This document shows, piece after piece, positions 49,791 through 60,178 of a stretch of 64,000 nt of DNA. Each line of letters opens with the position of its first letter. Positions within the stretch are counted from its first letter, which is position 1. Position numbers and translations under genes: made by a program. The notes below the pieces were generated by a model. That model saw only the letters and a list, made by a program, of their open reading frames with translations. It was not told where the DNA came from and made no database searches. The stretch is from an uncultured cyanobacterium (lineage in GTDB: Bacteria > Cyanobacteriota > Cyanobacteriia > Pseudanabaenales > Pseudanabaenaceae), in assembly GCA_963703315.1 (NCBI GenBank), contig OY969811.1, positions 4,320,001 through 4,384,000 of the forward strand, in the 5' to 3' direction.

Positions 49791-49891
49791 TACCAAAACT
49801 AAAAATGGCTACGCTATTTTTAGTTTTGGAAACCCTTACTGGGTTTGTTTTTTAATTCAGAAAAGTGTGACAACACTTTTCTGAATTGGTA
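49791..49891. mobile_element. 101-bp two-hairpin MITE-like element (third family), copy 1
   Basis: TACCAAAACTAAAAATGGC...AATTCAGAAAAGTG..CACTTTTCTGAATTGGTA. Confidence 0.8.
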
Positions 49892-49994
49892 TAAAAAGGC
49901 AAGGGCGCTTAGCGCCCTTGCCTTTTTCAGAATGTAGCAAAAATAGATACATTGACGGGATCAGGATTGTGTCAACCTTATTGTCAATGGGATA

Positions 49995-50095
49995 TACCAA
50001 AACTAAAAATGGCTTAGCCATTTTTAGTTTTGAAAACCCTTACTGGTCTTGGTTTTTAATTCACAAAAGTGTGACAACACTTTTGTGAATTGGTA
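49995..50095. mobile_element. 101-bp two-hairpin MITE-like element (third family), copy 2
   Basis: TACCAAAACTAAAAATGGCTTAGCCATTTTTAG...AATTCACAAAAGTG..CACTTTTGTGAATTGGTA. Confidence 0.8.
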
Positions 50096-50121
50096 TTAAT
50101 AAATGCGGGAATGTAAGCATC

Positions 50122-50589
50122 ATGGATCATCGCCACATTCGCTTTAGCGATCGCCACGAAGAAGTTGATTTAGAACAATTGCAAAAATTATTAAAAATTG
50201 GGGCGTTTTGGGCGAAAGAGAGAACTGTAAAAGAATTGGCGATCGCGATCGCCAATTCCAAACCTGTGATCACCGTATGGGATGAGCAGAAACTAATCGG
50301 TCATGCTCGCGCCACCAGTGACGGCATTTATCGCGCCACCATTTGGGATGTGGTAATTGATCCAGACTATCGAGGTGCGGGCTTAGGTCGTAAATTAGTA
50401 GAAACCTTGATAGCACATCCTCATGTTTGCAATGTTGAGCGAGTTTACCTAATGACCACCCATCAGCAAAAATTTTATGAACATATTGGCTTTGAGCAAA
50501 ATGCTTCGACCACATTAGTTTTATTTAAAAATGACCTAGATGGCGATCGGCATTTGACAACTTCGGAATTAACTCAAGCCACAATCTAG
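50122..50589 (+). CDS. GNAT acetyltransferase
   Basis: ARATSDG, WDVVIDPDYRGAGLGRKL, FYEHIGF. Confidence 0.88.
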   Translation: MDHRHIRFSDRHEEVDLEQLQKLLKIGAFWAKERTVKELAIAIANSKPVITVWDEQKLIGHARATSDGIYRATIWDVVIDPDYRGAGLGRKLVETLIAHPHVCNVERVYLMTTHQQKFYEHIGFEQNASTTLVLFKNDLDGDRHLTTSELTQATI

Positions 50590-50782
50590 ATATAGCTTGA
50601 GGAAGTGCGAGCCAACGGCTCGCACTTCCTCAAGCTATTTATTTAAGAAATCAAATGCAGCAAGGCATTACGATAGTATTTGCAAACACTGCCAAAGATT
50701 GCAACTTATGTAAAGATATTGGGATAAGTATATGAAATATGTATTACTTTCTTTTTATCCCATTTAATTCTGGTGGGAGCCA

Positions 50783-51454
50783 ATGGTCGAAATATCATAT
50801 CAAGGTCAAAAAAGAACAAGAAGTGAATTTGAAAGGCAATTGCATCGCCTAGAACAGGATTCTTTGCGAATGGGCGCACTTGTTGAAAATTCATTTCTGT
50901 TAGCTCATGCCGCTTTATTTGAGCGCGATCTTGAAGCCGCTACCCGTATTGATGCTCAAGATAAGCAAATTGATCAAATCTATAGACAAATTGAAATGGA
51001 TTGTATTGAGCTAATCGCTTTACAGTCCCCAGTTGCGCGTGATCTCCGACTATTAAGTGCTTTGATGCAATTGATCCGCGATATCGAACGAATTGGTGAC
51101 TATGCGGAAAACCTCGGTGAAATTGCGATTAAACTTTTCCCTTATCCACCATCTCCCTATCTCGGTGAGTTGCAGGTAATGTCTAATCGCTGTCGTGCCA
51201 TGCTTGCCATGAGTTTAGAAGCATTAGCTAATTTTGATGAAAATATCGGTCTCCAAATCAAAGCTAAAGATGATGCCGTTGATGATGACTATAAGCGGAT
51301 CTATAACCTGTTAGCTTTCCAAAGATTATTTGGTGAACCAATGGAACCTGTCATGCTCATGGTATTGGCAATTCATCATTTAGAGCGCATGGCAGATCAC
51401 GCCACTAATGTTGGTATCCGAGTTGCCTATATTGTTACAGGTAAACTTGGATAA
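50783..51454 (+). CDS. phoU: Phosphate signalling protein PhoU (SphU)
   Basis: QSPVARDLR, DIERIGDYA, HLERMADHATN. Confidence 0.93.
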   Translation: MVEISYQGQKRTRSEFERQLHRLEQDSLRMGALVENSFLLAHAALFERDLEAATRIDAQDKQIDQIYRQIEMDCIELIALQSPVARDLRLLSALMQLIRDIERIGDYAENLGEIAIKLFPYPPSPYLGELQVMSNRCRAMLAMSLEALANFDENIGLQIKAKDDAVDDDYKRIYNLLAFQRLFGEPMEPVMLMVLAIHHLERMADHATNVGIRVAYIVTGKLG

Positions 51455-51513
51455 ACCCAAAGAAAGTTGAGGCGCGAAGCGCCTCAACTTTCTTTGGGTT
51501 TATCTCAAAACTA

Positions 51514-51625
51514 TAGCTGTCGCCAGTTTGGTAAGACACAAACCCAAGAAGCCGAGTTGCGGCGCGAAGCGCCGCAACTCGGCTTCTTGGGTTTTGATTT
51601 TTCCTAATACAAATGGCGACAGCTA
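51514..51625. mobile_element. 112-bp MITE with 12-bp TIRs and TA duplication, inserted into a third-family hairpin
   Basis: CAAAAC-TA-[TAGCTGTCGCCA...TGGCGACAGCTA]-TA-AAAATGGCTTAGCC. Confidence 0.85.
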
Positions 51626-51737
51626 TAAAAATGGCTTAGCCATTTTTAGTTTTGGTATAAACGTCGATCGCAGGGTAATCTAAAGTAAGTGCTTCACAGC
51701 ACATCTGATTTTATGTGGGAAAGTTTTAAGGATTGAA

Positions 51738-52571
51738 ATGAAGTCATATTTGGCGGCCGCCGTACAAATGACCAGTGTCTCAGATGTAGACAAAAATCTG
51801 GCTCAAGCAGAAGATTTGATCCAACTGGCAGTGAATCGAGGTGCAGAATTAGTTTGTCTACCTGAAAACTTTTCGTTTTTGGGTGATGAGAATGAAAAGA
51901 TCAGGCTTTCTACAGAAATTGCAGAGAAAAGCGAAAAGTTTTTAGTTACGATCGCCCAGCGCTATCAAATACTGTTACTGGGTGGTGGTTTTCCAGTACC
52001 TGTATCCCATGCCCAGAATGGAGATGTGGGCAAGATGTATAACACGGCGCTGTTGATTGGTCGTGCAGGTGAAGAACTGGCGCGTTATCGCAAAATGCAT
52101 CTTTTTGATGTCAATCTTCCTGATGGCAATATCTATCATGAGTCAGCAACAATCCTTGCGGGTTCTGAAGCGCCGCCTGTATATAGTTCAGACAAATATG
52201 GCAATTTAGGTCTGTCGGTTTGCTATGACGTGAGGTTCCCAGAGCTATATCGACATTTGTCTAAACATGGGGCAAATGTTTTGTTTGTACCTGCGGCATT
52301 TACAGCATTTACAGGTAAAGATCATTGGCAGGTTTTATTGCAAGCTAGGGCGATCGAAAATACGAGCTACGTGATTGCACCTGCTCAGGTAGGTATGCAT
52401 ACACCGCGCCGCCAGTCTCATGGTCATGCGATGATCATTGATCCTTGGGGAATTGTGTTGGCGGATGCAGGCGATCGCACAGGTGTGGCGATCGCGGAAA
52501 TTCAACCCTCTCGCATTGACCAAATCCGTCGCCAGATGCCATCCCTAGAACATCGCACTTTTTCTTTTTAA
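51738..52571 (+). CDS. Carbon-nitrogen hydrolase (Nit1-like)
   Basis: LPENF, YRKMHLFDV, VCYDVRFPE, RAIEN. Confidence 0.92.
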   Translation: MKSYLAAAVQMTSVSDVDKNLAQAEDLIQLAVNRGAELVCLPENFSFLGDENEKIRLSTEIAEKSEKFLVTIAQRYQILLLGGGFPVPVSHAQNGDVGKMYNTALLIGRAGEELARYRKMHLFDVNLPDGNIYHESATILAGSEAPPVYSSDKYGNLGLSVCYDVRFPELYRHLSKHGANVLFVPAAFTAFTGKDHWQVLLQARAIENTSYVIAPAQVGMHTPRRQSHGHAMIIDPWGIVLADAGDRTGVAIAEIQPSRIDQIRRQMPSLEHRTFSF

Positions 52572-52830
52572 AAACGCAAGAATGCAACGCGCTTTGCGCG
52601 TTCATTCTTGGTTCAGAAACAGATTTTTAGTGGCGCACCGCGCCACTAAAAATCTGTTTCTGAAGCAGGAATATAGAAAATCAGTCTGCGTCTTTTCTAC
52701 TTTCTTAACTTGATCATTATGAATCTGTATTAAAATTAGATGCATAGCTATCCTAAATACTGCCTAGATTCATTCGGATTTAATTAATTTTTTATAAGCT
52801 CCATCAACTTCCTTTCTGGCGCGAGCAGTC

Positions 52831-53991
52831 ATGCAATCCTTTCCTACAATCGGTAATACGATTCGTCCACTTCAACATCGAGATCTAGAGTTTATTCAGC
52901 GATTTGCATCGCCCCATGATCTCGAACAGATTGCGGTCAGCGATCTCAGTGGTTGTCGCAGCCGCCAAAAAGTTAGCTTGCATCAATTAGCTAGCTGGCT
53001 ACCTGCGCCTGTACAGACCTTACTCAATCCCTACGTGCGTGCCTACGTCTCCGAATGTAATGGCGTTATTCAGGGCTTTATCAGAGTTTCACCGTTTAAC
53101 AACAACAGCAGTACTTGGAAAATCGATCGCGTTGTTGTCTTGCCTGAAGCTCAAAATGGTCAGCATCATGTCGGTACGCAATTGATCCGTTATTGCCTAG
53201 AGTCTTGTCTGGAGGCTCGTACGTGGGTGCTACAAGTTGACATCAACCAAAAAGATACGATCGCCCTTTATCGCCAGAATGGGTTCCAGCCGCTTGCCCA
53301 ATTTACCGATTGGGAAATCGGAGCGGAAAACCTGCGAGAACTTGCTCAGCATTCTCCTGATCTGCCAAATTTGATGCCTGTCAGTAATGCTGACGCTAGT
53401 TTGCTCTATCAGCTTGATACAGCCGCGATGCCTCCTCATATCCGTCAAGTTTATGATCTGAATATCGATGATTTTCGAGCCAAGACGATCGATAAGCTAA
53501 TTAATCATGGTTCCTTGCTGATTAACCATCTCCAAGATGTGTCGGGTTATGTCTACGAGCCACAACGCAAAGCGGCGATCGGGTACTTTTATTTGCTACT
53601 ACAACGTCCAAATGTCAATCAGTCTAACGAAAAACTCGTTCACCATTGCCAACTAACTGTACATCCTGCTTATACTTGGCTCTATCCTGAACTAACTTCA
53701 CAAATTGCCCAGATTGTTACCAATCAATCCCTTGAAAATTCCAGTCTGCAATTGTCTTCGGCTGACTATCAGCCCGAACGTGAAGACTATTTAGAAAATA
53801 TCCAAGCTCAACGACAAGGGCATTCCTTGTTAATGGCGCGATCGGTATGGCACAAAATTCGTGAGACTAAATCTGTCATTGATGGTTTACAACTGTCACG
53901 AATGCTATCAGGTTTACAGCCCAACCAAAAGCCAGTTCCAGGCAGGATTGAAAATATATCACAGCATCAACATACTGATGAACTGTTATAG
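52831..53991 (+). CDS. Double-GNAT acetyltransferase (conserved cyanobacterial)
   Basis: GTQLIRYC, ALYRQNGFQPLA, LYQLDTA, LTVHPAYTW, MARSVWHK. Confidence 0.8.
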   Translation: MQSFPTIGNTIRPLQHRDLEFIQRFASPHDLEQIAVSDLSGCRSRQKVSLHQLASWLPAPVQTLLNPYVRAYVSECNGVIQGFIRVSPFNNNSSTWKIDRVVVLPEAQNGQHHVGTQLIRYCLESCLEARTWVLQVDINQKDTIALYRQNGFQPLAQFTDWEIGAENLRELAQHSPDLPNLMPVSNADASLLYQLDTAAMPPHIRQVYDLNIDDFRAKTIDKLINHGSLLINHLQDVSGYVYEPQRKAAIGYFYLLLQRPNVNQSNEKLVHHCQLTVHPAYTWLYPELTSQIAQIVTNQSLENSSLQLSSADYQPEREDYLENIQAQRQGHSLLMARSVWHKIRETKSVIDGLQLSRMLSGLQPNQKPVPGRIENISQHQHTDELL

Positions 53992-54074
53992 CGATTGCAT
54001 TTTGCCTACGGCAAAATGCAATCGCCAAACCCTTACTGTGATTGTTTTATGTTCTGCCAATATGGCGATCGCTA
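53987..54074. mobile_element. TAGC-ended hairpin element supplying the GNAT stop codon
   Basis: TATAGCGATTGCATTTTGCC tac GGCAAAATGCAATCGC AAACCCTTACTG...GCGATCGCTA. Confidence 0.55.
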
Positions 54075-54093
54075 ATCTTGTTAATCCCTTCCC

Positions 54094-54111
54094 AGTGAAT
54101 AATTATTCACT
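54094..54111. promoter_or_regulatory. Perfect 18-bp palindrome upstream of cphA
   Basis: AGTGAATAATTATTCACT. Confidence 0.5.
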
Positions 54112-54276
54112 TTACAACACCTATTCTTTCTGTGGGAAGCGAGTAGAAGACAAAAATATTTTTATAATCAACAGACTTGGTTTTGGTTCAATTTATACAA
54201 AATAGTGATCCATAAGGTCGCTAGGATTAGATACTGGAAATTTAGGCATTGGATGCACCTTTAAAAAAGCTTGACT

Positions 54277-56865
54277 ATGAAAATTCTCAAAATCCAGACA
54301 TTACGTGGTCCCAATTATTGGAGTATCCAACGACATCAACTTGTAGTTGTGCGATTAGATTTAGAGGATTTTCAGGTACAACGCCTCGGTTTCTATCAAA
54401 ATTTGTGCAAGGTACTGCCAAGTCTTGCAGGAAAAGATATTGCTCAGCGTCCTGAGATCAGTGATGCTGACTTCTTGGCAGAAATAGTCAAAGATATTGC
54501 GATCGCCCTGCAAGGCTATATCGGCATGAAAGTAGACTTTGGGGTAATTAAACCCACTGTCGAACCTAATATTTATCAAGTTGTATTTGAGTATCACACT
54601 GAGCAAGCAGGGCGCTACGCCGCAAGAGCCGCCGTGCGAATTTGTACCAGTATTTTAGAGACGGGAACCTATGCAACTACTGAGTTGCAAGAGGATCTAA
54701 AAGACTTAAGAGATATTCGCCTTGATGGTCAGTTAGGACCAAGTACCGAGTCAATTGTTGCTGAAGCTAAGGCGAAAAAAATTCCTTGGTTAGAACTAGG
54801 TAGCCGTGCCATGATTCAATTGGGCTACGGTATATACCAAAGTCGAATCCAAGCAACCTTATCGAATAAAACGGGGATTCTCGCGGTTGAATTGGCTTGT
54901 GATAAAGAGGGAACCAAGCAAATTCTTAGGGATTCAGGTGTACCAGTACCAAGAGGAACTACGATCCGATCGCCTAAGTATTTAGAAGATGCGATCGCCG
55001 AAGTTGGTGGATTCCCCATTGTGATTAAGCCCTTAAATGGTAATCATGGACGCGGTATCACCATCGATGTGCGGACAGTCAAAGAGGCGATCGATGCCTT
55101 TGACATGGCACAAGAAGTCTCTGAAGAAGTAATTATCGAGCGCTTCCATACAGGTCGCGATCACCGTGTACTAGTCATTAATGGCAAATTTGTTGCTGTT
55201 GCCGAGCGTGTACCTGCAAATGTCACAGGTGATGGCGTGTCATCCATCTCGCAACTCATAGAAATTACTAACCAAGATCCTCGTCGGGGCGATGGTCATG
55301 ATAACGTCTTGACCCGCATTGAGATCGATCGCACTAGTTTGGATATTCTCGCTAGACAAGGCTTTACCCTAGAGTCTGTACCACCCAAAGGACAAATTTG
55401 TTATCTCAAGGCAACCGCTAACCTGAGTACAGGTGGTGTGTCTGTAGATCGCACTGATGAAATCCACCCCGAAAATATTTGGTTAGCCGAACGGGTTGCC
55501 CGAATTATTGGGCTAGACATTGCAGGGATTGATGTGGTTACTGAAGATATTTCCGTCCCCGTGCGCGAAACCGATGGGGCGATCGTCGAGGTCAATGCTG
55601 CCCCCGGATTCAGAATGCATACGGCTCCTAGTATCGGTACACCGCGCAATGTTGCGGCTCCTGTTATCGATATGCTGTTTCCCGCAGGTTCACCATGCCG
55701 TGTCCCAATTGTGGCAATTACTGGCACAAACGGTAAAACCACAACCACACGCCTCATTGCCCATATCTTTAAGCAGACTGGCAAAAGGGTCGGTTTTACT
55801 ACTACCGATGGTATTTATATTGGCGAATGCTTAGTGGAAAAAGGCGACACGACAGGTCCCTATAGCGCTCAAGTAATCCTCCGTGATCCCACTGTCGAAG
55901 TCGCAGTTTTAGAAACAGCTAGAGGCGGTATTTTGCGATCGGGCTTAGGCTTTGATGGCAGTGATGTCGGCGTGGTGATGAATGTGCAAGCTGATCACCT
56001 TGGCATTGGGGACATTGACACGATCGAAGATCTAGCACGATTGAAAAGTGTAGTTGTCAGAACGACGCTACCTAGTGGTTACGCCGTACTTAATGCTGAT
56101 GATCCTTTGGTTGTGGCAATGGCAAAAGAGGTGCAAGCAAAGGTAGCTTATTTCAGCATGAATCCTGACAGCAGCCTCATTAAATCTCATGTTGCTAATG
56201 GTGGTCTAGCGGCTGTCTATGAAGATGGCTATCTCACGATTGTGAAAGGAGATTGGAAGTTACGGATTGAAGAGGCGGTGAATGTGCCTGTGACCCTCGG
56301 TGGTCGAGCAGCCTTTAATATTCAAAATGCTCTAGCCGCAAGTTTGGCAGCCTTTACCCAAGATGTGCAGATTGAGCAGATTCGGCAAGGGCTAGCTACC
56401 TTTGTGGCTTCTAGCTCGCAAACCCCAGGACGCATGAATTTATTTGACTTGGGTAAGTTTCAGGCATTAGTCGATTATGCTCACAATCCTGCGGGATTTA
56501 AGGCGATCGCCGATTTCATTCAGAAATGCCCTGGTGAAGCGATCGGTGTAATTGGCGCACCAGGTGATCGCCGTGATGAGGACATCATTGAGCTAGGACA
56601 ACTAGCGGCGGGAATGTTCTCGCGGATTTTCATCAAAGAGGATAAAGATCTACGCGGTCGTCAGCCTCGTGTAGTTGCTGACCTGCTGCGTCAAGGCATA
56701 GAAGCAATCAATGCCAATATTCCCTGTATTACAATTCTTGATGAAGCGGAAGCCCTCACAGCCGCCTTGGATAGCGCTCCTCAGAGCAGTTTAGTTGTGG
56801 TATTTCCCGATAAAGTGGATGCAGCTATTGCTATCATTGAATCGCGAAAGTCTAAACTGCTGTAA
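54277..56865 (+). CDS. cphA: Cyanophycin synthetase
   Basis: MKILKIQTLRGPNYWS, LGPST, KPLNGNHGRG, EVNAAPGFRMH, TGTNGKTT, DYAHNP. Confidence 0.96.
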   Translation: MKILKIQTLRGPNYWSIQRHQLVVVRLDLEDFQVQRLGFYQNLCKVLPSLAGKDIAQRPEISDADFLAEIVKDIAIALQGYIGMKVDFGVIKPTVEPNIYQVVFEYHTEQAGRYAARAAVRICTSILETGTYATTELQEDLKDLRDIRLDGQLGPSTESIVAEAKAKKIPWLELGSRAMIQLGYGIYQSRIQATLSNKTGILAVELACDKEGTKQILRDSGVPVPRGTTIRSPKYLEDAIAEVGGFPIVIKPLNGNHGRGITIDVRTVKEAIDAFDMAQEVSEEVIIERFHTGRDHRVLVINGKFVAVAERVPANVTGDGVSSISQLIEITNQDPRRGDGHDNVLTRIEIDRTSLDILARQGFTLESVPPKGQICYLKATANLSTGGVSVDRTDEIHPENIWLAERVARIIGLDIAGIDVVTEDISVPVRETDGAIVEVNAAPGFRMHTAPSIGTPRNVAAPVIDMLFPAGSPCRVPIVAITGTNGKTTTTRLIAHIFKQTGKRVGFTTTDGIYIGECLVEKGDTTGPYSAQVILRDPTVEVAVLETARGGILRSGLGFDGSDVGVVMNVQADHLGIGDIDTIEDLARLKSVVVRTTLPSGYAVLNADDPLVVAMAKEVQAKVAYFSMNPDSSLIKSHVANGGLAAVYEDGYLTIVKGDWKLRIEEAVNVPVTLGGRAAFNIQNALAASLAAFTQDVQIEQIRQGLATFVASSSQTPGRMNLFDLGKFQALVDYAHNPAGFKAIADFIQKCPGEAIGVIGAPGDRRDEDIIELGQLAAGMFSRIFIKEDKDLRGRQPRVVADLLRQGIEAINANIPCITILDEAEALTAALDSAPQSSLVVVFPDKVDAAIAIIESRKSKLL

Positions 56866-56873
56866 AGTCGCCT

Positions 56874-57851
56874 ATGCCTCGTGTAATTTGTCTTGGCGAA
56901 GTTTTAATCGATCAAATTGCTGAAGATATTGGTGTTCCCTACGAGCAAGTTAGTTCGTGGAAGCCATACTTCGGTGGAGCGCCTGCTAACGTCGCCTGTG
57001 GCTTAGCTAAGTTAGGCACACCTGTGAGCTTAATTAGCTCCATCGGTCAGGATGCCACAGGAACTAGTTTACTGAAACAATTAGGTACAGCAGGGGTAGA
57101 AACTTCAGGGGTACAGGTACATCCTGAAGCGACTACCCGTGAAATATACGTTACTCGCGATGCTCAGGGCGATCGCAGTTTTGCAGGTTTTAATGGTGAT
57201 GCGGACACTGTATTTGCCGATACTTTGATGTCCGCAGAGCATCTGCCTGACCATTTATTTGCTGATGCCAAATTTTTGGTGTTAGGTACGCTCGGTTTAG
57301 CTAATCCGCAAACTTCAAGGGCGATCGGTCGAGCGCTCAAACTTGCCGAAGAGAATTTTGTCAAGGTGATTGTCGATATCAATTGGCGAGAGATGTTCTG
57401 GAAGCATCCCGAACAGGTAGTAAAGCTATTACCTGTTTTGCTGAAATACACAGACTTCCTGAAAATGACTGAAGATGAGGCAAAGTTACTGTTCCGCCTG
57501 ACTAGTCCCGCCGCGATCGCCCAAGCCTATAACCATCTGGAAGGGATTATCATCACTAATGGTGATAAGGATTGCCGTTACTATTTAGGAGAAAGGCAGG
57601 GTAAGCACTCTGTGTTTCCTGTGTATTCTCTCGATACAACGGGGGCAGGTGATGCATTTTTAGCGGGATTTATCCATAGGATTTATCACTGTCCGCTTAC
57701 CAAATTGACTGATCCCAAATTTGCTGATGAGGCGATCGCCTATGCCTGTGCCGCAGGTGCTTTGACCACCTTAGAGATGGGAGCGATTTCTGGACAACCA
57801 AGCGATCGGCAAATTCGCGAATTTTTAGCCATGCGTGAAGCAAAACATTAA
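56874..57851 (+). CDS. PfkB-family carbohydrate kinase (fructokinase-like)
   Basis: GGAPANVA, DTTGAGDAF. Confidence 0.9.
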   Translation: MPRVICLGEVLIDQIAEDIGVPYEQVSSWKPYFGGAPANVACGLAKLGTPVSLISSIGQDATGTSLLKQLGTAGVETSGVQVHPEATTREIYVTRDAQGDRSFAGFNGDADTVFADTLMSAEHLPDHLFADAKFLVLGTLGLANPQTSRAIGRALKLAEENFVKVIVDINWREMFWKHPEQVVKLLPVLLKYTDFLKMTEDEAKLLFRLTSPAAIAQAYNHLEGIIITNGDKDCRYYLGERQGKHSVFPVYSLDTTGAGDAFLAGFIHRIYHCPLTKLTDPKFADEAIAYACAAGALTTLEMGAISGQPSDRQIREFLAMREAKH

Positions 57852-57895
57852 CTTGCTTGTCGCTTTGCGGCAAGTAATCATTCTTAGAAAAAATT

Positions 57896-58198
57896 ATGCA
57901 CGTTCTCTCTTTGCCAACTTGGATAATTCATATTTCTAGTGTGATCGAATGGACTTTAGCGATTTGGCTCATTTGGCAGTACGACAAACAGCATCCGCAG
58001 CGTGGTTGGCGTAATTTAGCATGGGCAATGTTTCCTGCTTTAGTTAGTGCGATGTGTGCAGTTACTTGGCACTTTTTTGATAATGCTAACTCGTTAGATT
58101 GGCTAGTAACCGTGCAAGCGGCAATGACCCTGATTGGTAACTGTACCTTGGCGATCGCCGCCTACTTCATCTGGAAAATATCGCGAACAAACTCATAA
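57896..58198 (+). CDS. DUF2499 (Ycf49-like) membrane protein
   Basis: LSLPTWIIHISSVIEW...P.LVSAMCA.TWHFFDN. Confidence 0.85.
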   Translation: MHVLSLPTWIIHISSVIEWTLAIWLIWQYDKQHPQRGWRNLAWAMFPALVSAMCAVTWHFFDNANSLDWLVTVQAAMTLIGNCTLAIAAYFIWKISRTNS

Positions 58199-58251
58199 AT
58201 TTAATGTTGTGTTGAGGTGCTTTACATTTCAACACAACATAGTATGAATAT

Positions 58252-58533
58252 ATGCCCAAAGAAGCTTTATTTGGATTATCTCTATTTCCTTACCTCGCCT
58301 TTCTCTGGTTTGCCACCAAATCAAAGCAATTTCCTAAATTGGGGCTATGGGGTTTTTATGGCACATTAGTATTTGTGGCGATTACAATTCCCGCAGGTAT
58401 CTATGCTCAAGTTCAATATAAGGATGTTCTGGCGAATGTCGATTGGCTGCATGGAAGTGCTGAATCTTTTCTAACTATTACGAATATTTTATTGGTTTTA
58501 GGCTTTAAAAATGCTCTGAAATCACAAGACTAA
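58252..58533 (+). CDS. DUF3593 membrane protein
   Basis: LFGLSLFPYLAFL...FVAITIP...DWLHGSAE. Confidence 0.85.
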   Translation: MPKEALFGLSLFPYLAFLWFATKSKQFPKLGLWGFYGTLVFVAITIPAGIYAQVQYKDVLANVDWLHGSAESFLTITNILLVLGFKNALKSQD

Positions 58534-58636
58534 CCCAAGAGAAGGGCATCGCGGAGCGATGCCCTTCTCTTGGGAGTGAATCGCTATAATGAGTAATTAT
58601 GGAGATCATTTCGCTAACTACTGAGACGAGGAATTT

Positions 58637-59014
58637 ATGAACAGACATTATCAATCCATTTCTCAGATTTCAATGGTTGCAATCTTGGCGATCGCTAGTA
58701 CGGCAATCAGTCCTGCATGGGCGCAAGACGAATCGATTCAACCACGTAGGGGTGATGCTGATCGCTTACGTCCTTCACAAGGTCAGCCCATCTCACCAAC
58801 CAATACGGATCAGTTTTCCTTAGAAAGAGATGTGTCAAATTCTAATCTCCAGATTCAGAATGTCAATCTCGAAGTTGAAGCGATTCAACCAGTAATCCCT
58901 GGTAATTACAACGCTTCACCCCAAAAAGTCAATAAATTGGGCAGTTTCAGTACCGATCCACTTAATGCTGTCCAAATTTTTCAAGGTTCTGGCACATCTC
59001 CCCGTGAAAAATAG
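58637..59014 (+). CDS. Hypothetical secreted protein
   Basis: RBS GAGG; signal peptide ending AWA. Confidence 0.6.
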   Translation: MNRHYQSISQISMVAILAIASTAISPAWAQDESIQPRRGDADRLRPSQGQPISPTNTDQFSLERDVSNSNLQIQNVNLEVEAIQPVIPGNYNASPQKVNKLGSFSTDPLNAVQIFQGSGTSPREK

Positions 59015-59036
59015 CATAGAGAGTTAGCGCAAAGCG

Positions 59037-60062
59037 CTAACTCTCTATGAGTAAATGTCCTGTAGCTAAGCCGCAAGCTCGCTGAATTGGTAAAGCAGCA
59101 GCTAATGCAAACGCGGCTTTACGAGCGATCGCCCCATCAATGGTCGTGGTTATGACTACATCTAAACCAGCATGAAATGCAACTAGTGCCGCCTGATGAG
59201 CAGTTAAAATTCCTCCTAATGCCATTGGCTTGAGAATGATAATATCGGCGGCTTGTGCGTTAATTACTTGCTGCAACTGTGTAAGGTTATTGACCGATTC
59301 ATCGGCAGCGATCGGAATTGATTGCGATCGCCTAACGACCGCCATACCTTCTAAATCACGAGCGATCACAGGTTGCTCCACATATTCTATTTGCAGAGGT
59401 GCTAGTTTTTTTAAATTAGCGATCGCCTCAGTTACTGACCATCCTTGATTAGCATCAATGCGAATCTGGATATCATTTCCAACTTGCGATCGCACTGCTT
59501 CCACTCTTTTAAAATCTGCATTAAAGTTCTTGGTTCCCACTTTAATCTTGAGACAACGATAACCTTGCTGAATATATGCCTGTGCTTTGGCAACAGCTAA
59601 TTCAGGAGCGATCGCACCAATCACAGCATTTAATGCCACCTGTTCCCGCACTTTTCCCTTAACAGAATTTGCTAATAATTGCGAAATAGATAAACCTTGC
59701 GCTTGGGATAATAAATCTAGTAATGCTAGTTCGATTCCATGTTTTGCCGCAGGCGTAGAATCATATCTCGTGAGTAAGTTCTCAATATCATTCAAGTTAT
59801 GGATTTCGGAATTAATTAGCGATCGTTGAGCTTCCTTGAGAACCATTTCTGTCATTGTCAGTGATTCCATGCCAAACCCATCAAGGGGCGCAGATTCACC
59901 TAAGCCAATATGCTGAGATCCTTGATGAGGTAAGCGATCTCTAATCTCAATTATAAATCCCTCACGATGAGAAAGAATACCTAGTGCGGTCGGGAATGGT
60001 TCGTGAAAGGCTAATCGATAAGGTCGATATTGAAGAGATTGAACAATCAAATTCACAATCAA
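59037..60062 (-). CDS. menC: o-succinylbenzoate synthase
   Basis: KIKVG, RIDANQ, EYVEQP, AADES, ILKPM. Confidence 0.88.
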   Translation of the reverse strand: MIVNLIVQSLQYRPYRLAFHEPFPTALGILSHREGFIIEIRDRLPHQGSQHIGLGESAPLDGFGMESLTMTEMVLKEAQRSLINSEIHNLNDIENLLTRYDSTPAAKHGIELALLDLLSQAQGLSISQLLANSVKGKVREQVALNAVIGAIAPELAVAKAQAYIQQGYRCLKIKVGTKNFNADFKRVEAVRSQVGNDIQIRIDANQGWSVTEAIANLKKLAPLQIEYVEQPVIARDLEGMAVVRRSQSIPIAADESVNNLTQLQQVINAQAADIIILKPMALGGILTAHQAALVAFHAGLDVVITTTIDGAIARKAAFALAAALPIQRACGLATGHLLIES

Positions 60063-60178
60063 TTTCCAGCTAAATTAACTCAAAAGTTATAAAAAGTTAT
60101 AAGAATTTCAGTTCATGTTGCAAATCAGCTTTTATCGTTTATAGTCATGTTACAGACCTCTTGAGAGAGTTTAAGGTA

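Noticed and set aside
50640..50782. Pho box upstream of phoU
   Set aside because: No convincing tandem PyTTAAPyPy repeats at 11-bp spacing.
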